Notes under the pieces: model-generated
Seen by the model: the letters and a program-made list of their open reading frames with translations, nothing else
Databases searched by the model: none
Told to the model about the DNA's origin: nothing
Translations under genes and position numbers: made by a program
Part shown: one piece after another, positions 45,162-57,700 of the stretch
Layout of the letters: every line of letters starts with the position of its first letter
Numbering within the stretch: the first letter of the stretch is position 1
NCBI GenBank assembly: GCA_905178155.1
Contig: CAJINV010000004.1
Coordinates: forward strand, 11,624,177-11,688,176
Source: Amoebophrya sp. A120
Lineage: Eukaryota > Protista > Dinoflagellata
DNA: 64,000 nucleotides
Reading direction: 5' to 3'

Positions 45162-48066
45162 CTACGAAAACGTTCCGCCTGAACTTGCGGTGAAGAGCTT
45201 GAGTTTGAGCAATGCGAAACACGAGCACGCTAGCGTTCCTAGTGTTAACCACAAGTTCGCGCTGGTCTTTGGGAGGAAGTACGCAGTTACTGTGTCTCCT
45301 GCCGCGATTGCGTCTCTCCAGTTTTTCCAGAAAGCCAGATACGCCCCACTCGCCGCGACCCCGACACTGCCGACGCAAGCCCAGGACCGCAAGCTTTGCC
45401 AGAACAGAAAGTCGACCCACTTCGCAAACTTGCAGTTGAATTGCACTCGTTTCCAGGCCAATTCCGGGTTGGTGAACTGCAAGTCCCGCTGCTTGCCGAT
45501 GATTTGCGGCCTTACGGTCACCGAGCAAATATACCGGAGGTAGAAACGGACGAGCTCGCGGTGCCACAAAACGTCTCCGAACCCCGCACAATCCGTGTAC
45601 GTGGACAGTTCGGAATCTTCAACGACGCGACTCGTTGGCGAATGCGTTTCTTTCCAAGGACTCTTTATCATCTCGTCCTTGATGTTGTAGTTGACCTGGC
45701 CGTCCGTGAGCTGCTGCGAGTCTTCGCGCCCCGGCGTTTTCGTAACGCTGCTTCTTCTACTGTTCATCGTACTTCCTGCTCTAACTGGCGAATTTGTGCT
45801 ATCCTTCACTGCGATCCGTTTCTTTCCGCCCATCAAGCGCTCGGATTCGCACGCGAGCAAAAACATGCCCTTGTAGAACCCCACGCCCAGCCCGCTCCAC
45901 CACCCGAAACCAGTAATCGCGGCGTCGCGGAGCCGGAAAGCCGAGTTTCTCGCGGTGTTCAACCGCTGCGGCATGAATATCGTACGGAAAAAGTGTTTCA
46001 CTGTAAGGATTTTGCAAGTTTTGCATCACAAGTTTGTTCTACATCACAGGGAAAATTTGCCATGCGCGATTCCCAACGGAAAACACAGCTAAAAATCTAT
46101 TGTCTTGCATGTGTAGCAAGAGAAACACTTCTCAGATGCATTTTCTGCATTACAAGTTTACAGTGAAACAGTTTTTTCTTGCGATAATGAAGACGAGAAA
46201 CTCTTCGAGGTATTCGTTCATTTTCTCCACGGACTCGCACACATTGTAGTCATTTCGCAAGAAAAAAGTGTTACATTTACACATTGTGTTGCAAGACCGG
46301 CAACAAAGACAACCTCTCTCATGCAGGAAATGCTTGGGAGCCTCGTTTCCTTCCTGTTTTCCCTTATTATCTTCGCATCACAAGTTTTCGCTGCCACACA
46401 GAGAAAATTTGTGATGCAGAAACTCCGACAAAAGTGTAAGTGTAACACTTTTTTCTCGTGATAAGTCATCCTGAATCCCGAGCAAATAGCCGATGAACCG
46501 CCAGCAGTGAACCATGTCTTCCTTGTCCTGTTTCGAGAGTTTCGCCTTCTCCTGGTTGATATCAACTGTAAAAATGTCTGGGTCTCGAAGATTCTGACAC
46601 TTGTCATGCACGTTTTGCATGAGCCCTGATGTCTGTGATGCATGTTCTAGCATGCTAGATTTTTTGAGAGCTTCTTGGTGCCTATTCCGCATGACAAATG
46701 CCCTCTCCGCGTAGCAAATATTACATTCCTTTTGGTACTCATGCGATACAGATTCTTCTGGAATCCAACTGCAGCATCACAAGTTGCATTCTTCCAGACC
46801 CAGACATATTTGCATTTGATAGTTGAACGACAGCTCGGCTTCGAAAATGCTGATGCACAGGCCGGAAAACACCAGTTGCACCTCCGCTACGTCGTATTGG
46901 GAAAGAGGAATGCCGATGTTCTTCTCCTGTTCTTCATTGTAGTAGCGCTTGGACTTCCGGGGTTGACGCTCCTGGGTAGAAGTAGCCGCGGGACTGATGT
47001 CAACTGCACCCTGGACTGATACGTCGTTGGTACTAGTACTGCTGTTCTTCGAGTTCGTCATCATTATGTTCTCTTGCTGCATCGCTTTTCTCCGCACAAA
47101 CTCGTGCACTTTCCTTACCGCAAATGCACTCTTGCGAAACCGCGAGTCTGCTCCTTTCACGTCCTCAAACCGGAACCAGTCCAGCCACCGGAAAAACGTC
47201 TGCCGGTACCGCAGAATCGCCGCCATGGGGCTGGAGCTGTAGCCGCTGTATTCTAAAATTTCGCTGAACCGCGCCACAGACAAACCGACGAGGAGCGACA
47301 TCCCGAGGCTCATGGCGGCGCGGAGGAGGTGCTTGTTCCAGAGTCTTTGCCCCCGGGTGACGGCCTCGAAGTCCACCCAGGGAGGGAGATATTTGTTGGT
47401 TTTGTCGTTGAAGTCGCCGAGGAAGCAGGGCGGCTCGTGCGTTTCAAGGAACTCGTTGTATCCTGTGTAAAAACATCCCCACCCCAGAGTTGTGATGCAG
47501 ATCTGCAAGCGCGAGCGCATTTGTAATGCGCATCCCCATGATAGGCATTTCCGATCGTGTTTTGGAACTTGTATGTAATGCTGTAAACAGGAGAAGCACA
47601 TGGATTTGTAATGCGACTTCCCTTGCTAAACTGCACTACACTACAGCCTGAAATTTGTCATGCAGGGCTTCCAAAGCTTCACGGTTTGTGTTGCAAAGTC
47701 CCCATCTAGACTCTGGTGTGGGGACGTTTTTACTCAAGATACGTTGTCGGTGTCGTTTTGTACGGTTTTCGCGTCGCTAGCTTGGCAGTTGTTGGAATTC
47801 TTTTCACCCTTGCTCGTGTCCTTGTCCGCTGCGTTCTTTTTGGCACGACCGTTAGTTGGCGTTTTTCCGTACCCCGGGTGCCCACACATCAGATCTGAGT
47901 CGGAAAGGTCCTGCGCGGCTTTCGGATCCCCGATGGCCACACCTTCTTCCACATGCTTTTTCCAGGCGAATTGGTAGGGCGGAGGTCGCAGGGTCTTCCT
48001 CTGGTCCCACGACCTCACCAAGCCCGGGTAGTCTGTGGCGTAGCGCCGCTCGAAGGAGGATGTCAT
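45162..48066 (-). CDS. MpaB/rubber-oxygenase-like (DUF2236) ER-bound oxygenase; 4 introner introns
   Basis: PPWVDFEAVTRGQ, VRKVHEFVR, PLSQYDVAEVQLVFS and HCWRFIGYLLGIQDDYNVC motifs; C-terminal TM segments; junctions in frame. Confidence 0.8.
45978..46186. mobile_element. Introner, D-like
   Basis: tatcgtacggaaaaagtgtttcac...ttttttcttgcgata; DR atgaa. Confidence 0.85.
46253..46463. mobile_element. Introner, D-like
   Basis: gaaaaaagtgttaca inverted ends; DR agtca. Confidence 0.85.
46560..46821. mobile_element. Introner family A (A3)
   Basis: TIRs; DR gttga. Confidence 0.9.
47459..47741. mobile_element. Introner family C
   Basis: TIRs; DR cgttg. Confidence 0.9.
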
Positions 48067-48711
48067 GGTGGGTCTTTATGGAAATTACACTTCAAACAGA
48101 GCGCGGGCGTCGCACCATCTCGCTGGATTTAAATTAGGGCCCTGTATCGAATAGATCGTGAACAAAACACTCAATCGCTCCGAAAAATGTCACTCAACAA
48201 GAGAGCAGCTGACCAAGCCATAACCACTCGAAAATTGATTCAGAGACGACTTGGAAAACGCGATTCAGAGGATACTTGTTTCACGATCACAGCTGTACGT
48301 TCGACATTTGCAGCTGACTTCTGGAAGGACCGAAGAAATGTGAACCGAAAGAGAGAGACTTTGTACTTATGCGTTACGATATCGATATGATAAACCACTT
48401 TGTGGTCGCACGGACGAACACAAGCACCGGGATCCGCATCGACCTACTTCTTGATTGGTCCATACTATTTTGGTTCGATGTTGCTGCTACAAAGTTGCTG
48501 TATTCTTGTGCAAGTCGCTTTCGTCTGGCAGTACAAAAGTCAAAAAAAGTACCTTTCGTTTCCGAGAGTGTGATATTAAGCTTTTCAAATCCAAAATGCG
48601 CAAGAGGTGTGCGTAAGTATGAAGTGAAGTAACACGTGATCAAAAATATTGGTGACCGTAGTAGCAGTGTAAAAAAACTTATCTGGATAATGGAAAACCA
48701 GGACCAGCCTT

Positions 48712-51700
48712 CTATTTCTTTTTCACTTTGTTTTCTTTTGGATTCGGGCCTTTTTTGTCGTCATTCTTGCTTTTTGTTTTCACCTTGTTTTCCACGGCGG
48801 CGCTGGCTTTTTTGTTTTTCTGCTTCATCGTTGCCGCTTTAGTAGTTGTACCAGCAGGAGCGCTTTTATTTTTGGTGCCACGACCACCACGCCGTTCGTC
48901 TAGTTCCTCCAAATCTTCCTCGTCCTCGTTTTCTAACGCCGCCAAATCAAACCCCTCCTCCACCTCCTCGTCGTCATTCATTCCTCCATCAATGTCATTA
49001 TCGTCCGCCAAAACGTCAAAATCCGCGACCGCTCGACCATCCCGGATCGCCTCGATATGTCTTTTCTCTTCTACCGACATCAACGGGTCCAAAAAAATCT
49101 GGTCGAACTGCTTGGCCGCCTTCTTCGTGTTGTCGACCAGCGTGTCTAGAAACTGCAGCTTGTTGTCGCTGTCCGTTTCGATCAGTTCGTCCAACGCATC
49201 CGGGTTGAGAAACAACCGCTGCGCCATTTCTTTTTTCCCGAAAAAATCGACCGGATTCTTCGGCAACAGCGCATTTTCGCTCGCGGCCTGCGTTTGCGCC
49301 TGGAACCCGCGGACGTCCACGCAAAAGAGGTTCTGGGGCAGGAAGTCGTCCTCTTCTTCCTGGGTTTCGAAGTTAATCAGGTCGATCTCCTCATCGCGGT
49401 CCAAGACTTCCGCGGTCAGGTCTTTTGACAGCTCGAAATCCGGTAAGAGACGCTTTTCCCCATCGTCGTACAGAATCCAATTGAAGGTTGCGGAAAGATT
49501 TTCGTCCAGTTTCTTCGCAGTTCTAGTTTGCCGCAAGAACTTCTGTTTTTGATCTGCAAGGACGAGAGCGTTGTTGTTTTGGTTTAATATTTCTTCCTGC
49601 TGCCCGTCGCAAAAGTTGCTCGAAGAGGAGGAGGAAGAACTGGACGAGCTTGCTTTCGCTTGATTCGCACTTGTTCCGTCGTGGCAAAAATCTTCCGTGC
49701 CGGTTATGATCTCCATGTGGTCCAGCAAGGCTTGCGGTCCCGAAGTGACCAAACTGTCCAGCTGGATGATCCCTTTGATCGGCTTTTTCACAGCAACTTG
49801 TATCGGTCGGTTCAGCAGCCGCTTGAGTTCGTCACCAGTGGAGATTTTCGTGCCCAACACGTTAAACTGCTTCCGGCAGTGGAGACAATCCAGCAGGTGT
49901 GTGCGTGTTTTCTTTCCCATCTTGTCCAAATACGCTCTCTGCAGCAACCGCCCCAGTGGCTTTGTCTTGGTCGCGGGGGCGTTCGGCGAGGGGGTTCTTG
50001 AGCCCGGGGAGGAAAGCTCATCTTCTTCGTTTGGTGAATTTTTGTCAGCTTGTGTTGCGAGTGCGACGGGTGTTTTTTTCTTTCTCCCCCGCTTTTTTTT
50101 CAGTTTCTCCGCCTCAGCCAATTCCTTCTGAAGTCTTTTTTCCTCTCTCTCTATTTCCTTCGCATTTTTCCTCTGCTCCTCAAAAACGTCGAACCCGGCT
50201 TCTTCGAACAGCAGCCGCATGCCCAACAAAGTTCTGCACTGGATCGTACTCTCCGTGAAAACCTGCCTGCGATGGCCCCACAGCTGCTCCTGGTAATTAG
50301 CCAGCCCCTTCGCGTAAAACACGATTTTCTCACGCAATGCCGGCAAAAACGGCACTCGCGCCTTCGGGTTCTCGAACAAAATCCGGGAGGCGAGGATGAG
50401 TAGCTGCGGGATCCACTCCAAGATTACCTGCAAGTCCTCGTGCATCGCGTCCTGGGCACCGGAAAAGAGCATCGCGTCCGTACTCGCGTTTGTTCCGCTG
50501 GTATCGGCATTGTCCGCGTCGTAGTGCAACTCCCGGGCCGCTTGCCACGAGTTTTGCAACTTCGTCGTGTAGGTCACCAAGTAGCAGTTGAAGCAACCGT
50601 GGTCGATGGCATTAGGGAGGAAGTAGGAGAGAGTGATTTGGTAAGGGGCGGACTTGTCGGTTTTTACCGTCGTGGCTGGGGTGATTTGCTGGTGAAGATG
50701 CTTGTTAAAGGAGGATTTGAGGTTCATTATTGCTCCGGTATCAAGTAGAGACGGTCCCGTAGTAGAAGTACTCCTACTCGACGCGGGAAGCAGAAGAGAA
50801 TCGGTCATTTCAACATCATCATCATCATCTCCCAACCCGCTTCCAGAAACCATTTTGACGTGCGCCTGCAGATAGGATCGCAACGCGTCAAAGGTGCTCG
50901 TGTCCCAGCGGCTGCGGCTGCGGACGTCGACGATCTTCCACGTTGCTGTCGTGGTGGTCGCAACTTCGTTATGCTCCGGGGGTTCCTTGTCATACGCTTC
51001 GTCGACACTAGTCGATTGTATTTTTTCGCTCGTTTCCTGCACCAAACAAGCCGTGAGGATCATGTCGTTACTGAGGGCCACATGCGTTTCCCGAATGGAT
51101 GCGACTTCGATCGAGCCGTCCAATGGCAACACTGCTGCTAGGGGGTAATGGGGCTCGCAATTGGCTGTTTCCGAAAACAGGGTCGTGAGGGTGGAAAAGG
51201 TAGAATCGACAGGGACTACCAAACCAGAATTGTCGGTGCTGCCTGACGGTGCTGCTGTGTTTTCGAGCGGCAAAAGCGTTTGTTGCGCTGGGCTTGTTGT
51301 AGCGCCACTGTGGAAGGGCACGAAGTTGTTGTGTACGGATGAAGTAGAAAACCCACCAGCAACACCTCCGCCTTTCTTACCGACTGCCTGCAGCTGCTGT
51401 GCGAAGGCCCTGCTGTCTGCTGCCAGCGGCCCGCTCGTGACGTTCTGCTGGTAGGCCGCGAGTGACAGTCCGTGTTTTTTGTGGTCAAAATTCAGATACT
51501 TCACGTTTTCGGCGGACCTTACGCTGATTGCAGCGGATTTCGCACTGGTCGGAGGAGCATCGATTTGCGATTTTCGCCCTTTGCCGCCCTTGCGAGGCTT
51601 CGAGTCAATGTGAAGATTGTCGTCCTCATTTTCTTGTATCGTGGCCAGCACAGGCGCTAACACTAGGGAAGAAGATGCTTGTACAGCTGCAGTGGGTTCT

Positions 51701-54700
51701 GCATGCAGTTGTTCCGTGCCGGGGCCGGCACAAGTAGACAGATCTGCTCCACCGTCATGGTTTTTCGCAAACAGTTGTGATATCGGGGCCAGCTCCTCCG
51801 CTTTCTGCCCCTGCCAGTGGTATACCACGCGATTTAAGCCCGCGCCGACGTAGTGCAAATCCGGACAAAAAAAGAGCACGAAGTTCACGTTGTCAGAGCC
51901 AGCGAGTCTGGAGTCGAGTTCGAATTCTTCGTCTTCCTGCCCTTGCCTGTCATTCAACTCATCAACATCTGCAGTCGAAAATTTTCTGTTCCTGCCGGGG
52001 CTGTCTTTCTCAAAACCCCGCTTGGGACCCTCGATTCCGCCCCGAACCGGGTAGCGTTTGGTCACTCCACCGACGGGTCTTTCATATGCGGAACCATCTT
52101 CCTGTTCCTCGGAACTGTCATCTTCCTGTAGTTCATCCACTGCATGATCTGAAGATTTCGACTTCTTCTCTGCTGTCATCTTTTTCGCCGCTGCTTTTGA
52201 TTTGGCCGAGGCTTTTTTCACGGAAACAACAGTTTTCTTTTTCCCGCTTAATTTCTTTGCTTTTTCTTGTGCCGCTTTTGCTTTGGCTTTTGCTAGTACA
52301 ACAGCCTTCTTGCCTCGTGCACCAGGGAGTTTTTCTTTCTTGTCGCTACTTGTCTTCCTGCCGGTCTGTCCGTCCTTCCGCGGCCGACCACGTCCCCTTT
52401 TTACGACCACGACCGGCTGTACTGATTCTTCCGACTGCTCCTTCGCCCTGGCCTTTGCCTTCGCCTTGGCTTTGTTTGCTTTGGCTACTTTCTCGAGTAG
52501 CGGCTTGGAAACTGGAGAAGATTTGAGTTTGTTTTTTCCTTTACCAGGTCGTCCCTTTGCGGCCTCCTGAGCCGATTCTTTCGCCGCCTTCGCGGCTTTT
52601 CTCGTTTTTCTCTTCGGCTGCAGAGCTCCTGCATTTATTCCGTCTGCTGTTTGCGTCTTGACCCTCAACTCCTTCGGGCAAGATTTTTGCAACTTTAAGA
52701 ACACGGGATAGAGTTTGCGCAGCGCCTGGTCAAATTCCCTCTTAATCAGCTTCGAGTCTGGCTTAGCGATTTGATGTGCAGCAGGTCCAAACGCAGAAGA
52801 AGCTATCATGGTCGTGCTCTTCCTGCTAACAGCGACGACCTTGTGAAACGCAGGCTTCACCATGTTGCAAGTCTCTTTCGTCAAGCCACAGAACCGCAAG
52901 AGCTCCATTTGCTCCTTCAATTCCGGGGTGAGGATTTTCGGGGGAACGAAGACCGCGATTGCTCTGTCTGCTTTTGAGGCTCCTTCCGAGGTCTCTCTTT
53001 GCACGATGAGTTGATGTTCTTGATTCGCGTGTTGCAAAACTTGTGGCACCGGTGGTGGTCCTCTTCTGTGGTGCGCGATAGAAGCATGCTCCTCTGCTTT
53101 ACCACCGCCGGGGCGCTTCACAAAACTGGAAGCACTACTTGGGGGAGCAGGAGGTATTTGAAAAGTCGGGTCGGTTTGGTGTTCGAGTGCAGTTTCGGCA
53201 AAAGGAAGCTCCTTTTCCTCTACATCGTGTTGTAGCAGATTTGTGTGAAGACCCTGACCTTCTTGGTGCGTTTCATTTCCCGCTTCTTCACGAACCCGGC
53301 GATCGCTCATCTTCGGAAATACATCCTCATCCGATGAGCACGGGACTGTTGTAGTGGTTGCATTTACAACATCAATTGCAGCTCCTGCGGCGGCGGCCTC
53401 TCCTGGAGGAGATTCTTCTTTCGGCTCTTGATGTTCCTCGTACTCCTCTTGTCCTCCCCCCACAGCATCGTCGTCCTTGCGATTGTTCTGCGGCTCCGGA
53501 AGTAGTAGAAGGTCCTGTATTGCGGAGGAAGACTCCTCGTCATTCAGAAAATCGTCGTCGTCGTCAACCGCATTGAAATCGTGGATTTCGGACGGCTCGT
53601 CATCCGGCTTTTCGTCTACTGCAGCAAAGTTGTCCAAGCTCTGGTGGTCCTCTACGTTGGCTTGGTGGATCTCTTCTTGTATCTGCTCGTCGTGGTCGAC
53701 CACCTGCACTTGCTCTTTCTCTACAACCACGACCCCAGGTTCTTCCTGCAAATCGGAATCATCGCCGAGTTTTAATTCTTCCTGCAGCTGCTCATGCTCT
53801 TCCCCGTACTCCGCGACCTCGGCGGGAGAGTCTTCTACATCCTGCTCATTGATGGAAGGGAGACCGTGCTTGTTGTCTTCGTTTTCCGCATTCCCTGGTC
53901 CTCCCTCCGCGATGGAATCGGGGACTTTTGATTCTTGATGCTCAAGAAGAACAGCGGCATTTTTATCATGATCGTCTTCGTCATTTCCCGGTTCTGGTAA
54001 TTCGCCGAGCCTATCTTCTTCTTCATCTTCCGCATGATCGTAACCAGCTCGATCTTCGAGAACCTTCTCTTCGTCCTCAAGATCCTCCAAGTCTTTCTTG
54101 ACGCGATTGGTTCTTCTTCTACCGGCCTGATGAAAACGAGCGTTTTCTGTGTCATTTACATGTTCCCCATCATCATGCTCTACTTTTTTTCTCATCAAGC
54201 CTGCAGCTGCCGCGTCGGACTCAGAATCGGACAACACGATGGGGTCTTCGTGCGTGCCAACTCCTTCAGAAGGTTTGAGACTCGTCTTAAGAACTTTTGC
54301 AGGAGCCCTGGTGTCGGCCGCGGAAGAGGTTGATGCTTGTTTGCTGCTGTTTTCTCCTTGTTTCTTCTTCACAACGGACGCAGGCAAGGAAGCAACACCA
54401 GCTTGGGAATGAAGGTGCTCTTTTGCCGGGGGCGCAGGCGTGCATGGCTTTTGCTTCGAAGGGACGGCTGCGGTGGGGGTCCGAGAGGAGTTTTGGGCAG
54501 CACGAAAACCGCCCGTCGGAGAGCGCGATGCGGATGGCACAGCAGCTAGAGCGGCACCCGCACTTGTTGCTTGTTCCTGGGGTGTAGATGAAGTAGCTGA
54601 TTTATTCTTCATCTTGCTCTCCCGCACGGACCTCGCGGTGGACATCGCTTTTGGTGGCGTTTTGGAAAAAGCAGATTTTGGCGTGTTTTGCTTGATACCA

Positions 54701-57700
54701 ACTTCTTGTCGGTCGATCGCAAACGTTGCCTTTTCCCCAGCTCCAAGCAATTTCTCAGCGGATTTTGGCACCTGACTGCGCCTGGATGATGAACTACGGT
54801 GCTGCATAATCTTGTCATCCGCAGCTGTTTTAGTTCGAGCCTCCGGACCACAAACCTCGGGCACGGCAGCGGAAGCTCGATGCGCAGGAGCCTGTACATT
54901 GCTCTTACGGACTCCAGCGTCGCTTACTCTTGACGCAGCATGATCTGCACTTTTGTTCTTACTTCTCCTGCTTCTCGCTGATTTCGACCTCCGATTTCTG
55001 CCCTCCGGCGTCGGTGGTTTCAGTGGTGTGCTTGCGTTTGATCCCTGTTTGCAGGGCTTAAGTGGAGTCGGCGGCTTCATCGGAGTGACTTTGTTTTCAT
55101 TTTTACGGAGGTTGATGTCTACCTCTACCTCCGGAAGGTTCTGGAAGGCAGGGGAATGGTAAAAGGCACCTCCAGTGTGCTGCCCATAGTTGTTCATCTC
55201 ATCCACATCCTCTACATCAGCAACATACGACGCGTGTAAAAGTTCTCCACCTCCAGCTGCGGAAAATTCAACATCCTGTCCACCACAGCCTGCCGCTGCA
55301 ATTTGCGGCGCAGTTGTGAGATTGGATTTCGCAGACTTATTGCTGGGGCTAGGCCGGGAAACGACGTCTTCGTGCTGTTCCTGCCACGACATCTGGTTGA
55401 TGTTGCTTCCACGACCATAGTCTTGATACGTCCGCAGAGTTGTTGCCGTTGTGTGGGATGAACTAGCGTGGGTTTGCTCGCTCGCACTTTTGGTCCTGCT
55501 TCGGGGGGAGGTCTCATGGAGATGGAGGTCGTGGCTGCGCTTATCTTCATCGACGTGGTCAACAGGATAGTAGACGCCGTGTAGTGCTGTGCGTGGTTTC
55601 ATCCTTTGTTGGTCCTGTTCATCTACAAGTTCTACATCAGACACTGGCACGGGCGGCGAGAACGCTTCGATCACAGAGCTCTCCTTGATCGCTTCATCTT
55701 CTAGGAGGAGGCTTTGGCTCTGCGAATTATGTGGAATGGAATCGTTCACTGCGGTCGTGTGATGCTCCTCCTGCATCTGTAGTTCCAGGAAACGTTGTCG
55801 TTGTTCCCTTCCCCTCTGTGGCGACGCACTTGCTCTTCGCGCACCCTCTTTCATCTCAACATCCCTTTCGCTTGCCGCTTCTTTAAAATCCTTGTGAGTT
55901 CTTTCATCTTCAGGAGGAGGCACCACTACAAGCGGAACCTCAAAGGCAGAGTGCTGCTCCTCTATTTCGTTGATCTCCGACGGCAAATTCTCCGGACTGA
56001 AACACCCGAATTCCGGCGTCTTCAGACTTCGTCGGCGGTTTGGCTGGCCATGTAACAGCTGCTCGCTTGAACAAAGTGGTGCGTGAAGATCTTGCTCATC
56101 GTGGTCGTCTTCTGCTGCAGGAACAAGAACTTCATCTGGTTTATTATTCTCGACGCCCAAGGCCACGTCGCGTGCAGGACGAGGTGCTTCGCCACAGGTC
56201 GAGGGCAGCACTTGAGGAAGTTCTCCACCCTCTGGTGTAGAACAAATCTCTACTTCTTGCCGTGCTTGCAATAAAGCTTCTCGCGCTGATCCTGATGCCT
56301 CTTCCTCTTGCAGAAATTCCATCAATGGCGAGGAATCCGGCGATATCGACTCGTCCAAGATCCCGCTCGTGTTGTTGCCCGCGTCCAAGGAGTCCGGTGG
56401 GGCTGCGTCACCCATCAACCGACTAAGAAGCGACTGGTGTGCTGGACCGCTTGCTCCGTCGTTTTGTCGCGGCTGCTGGTGGACGACTTCTGGGTGGACT
56501 GCAGCAGGTGGTGCTGGTACACCAGCAGGTTCTACTCGCGCAAGAAGTTGTGTTTTATTTTGCCCTTTCGAACTGGAATTGCTGTGGCACCTTCTTCCAC
56601 TACCAACATCAAGGGCACCAGCTGCAGGACTTTCATCCACTTGAGGAAGAACAAAAGCGGGGTCCTCTGGAGGCTCACGATCGTAGTTCAGAGGCGTCTC
56701 GTTTTGGCCCTCGCCAGGAGCAGGAGCAGCACGACCTGTACTTCGTCCCGACCGGGGAGTTGTACCAGCACGACAATTCTTCGATGCACTAGCACTGGGG
56801 GTCGGCGTGCGGGAAGCGACCGCAGTCGAGTTGTGTACTACAACTTCCTTGTGGAGGTTCTGTCGCAGACCAACATTATTATCATCCTTCGCGAGTAGAG
56901 CTTGAGGAGCTTCAGAAACCGCGTGTTCATCTCGATTATTAACAACATCATCTACAACATCCTCGAGTAGTTGTCCCTTCTCCATGATGTACTCCCTTAG
57001 GAACGCGGTCGCGGGGGAGAAGGGCGCTGGTAACGACGCCCGGATTCTCGCTCTCCTCTCCTCCGCTTCTTTCGCCGCCTGTTCCTCTTTTTGCTTTTGC
57101 AACTGCCGCTGCACAAGTTCCGCCTCGGAAATCGGCGGCACTTTTCTACGCTTGGTCGGTGGGGGGAGGGAGACGGAACTTTGGTTTGTCGTTGCTGATC
57201 GTCTTGGCGGACGAGGCTCGCTTGCCGCGACATCAACCGCACAAGCTTGTTCCTCATCATTCCGTCCCGGCACCGCGAAAGAAACAGTGGGGGACGAGGA
57301 GGAGAAAAATGGTGGTGGCGGTGGAGCCACGTGCTTCGACGTCGTGGAAGATTCCAAGGCTGTCGTGCTTCTCCCGAAGTAGTTCACCACTGGAGCTGGC
57401 AGTACCGCTCGTGTTGTCGCGGCAAGGCCAGCGGGAGAAGCAGCAGCAGCCGTACAACTAGTAGCTCCCTGATGTGCAGCTAACAACGGTGGCTTCTTTC
57501 TCAACATCTGCGAAGAGCTCGCTGGTAGTAGATTTCCGGTTCGGTCCAGCTGCATAGAAGAATCTTGACGGATAGAATTTTCGAACTGCTGCTGCAGCAC
57601 GTGCGGCGTGTTCGCCGGTACCTGCTGGACGCCGAATGAGCCTGAAATGGAGGGGGCGGGAAGAGAAGGAGGGCTCGGCTTCTGCCTCGAAGGCGCTGAG

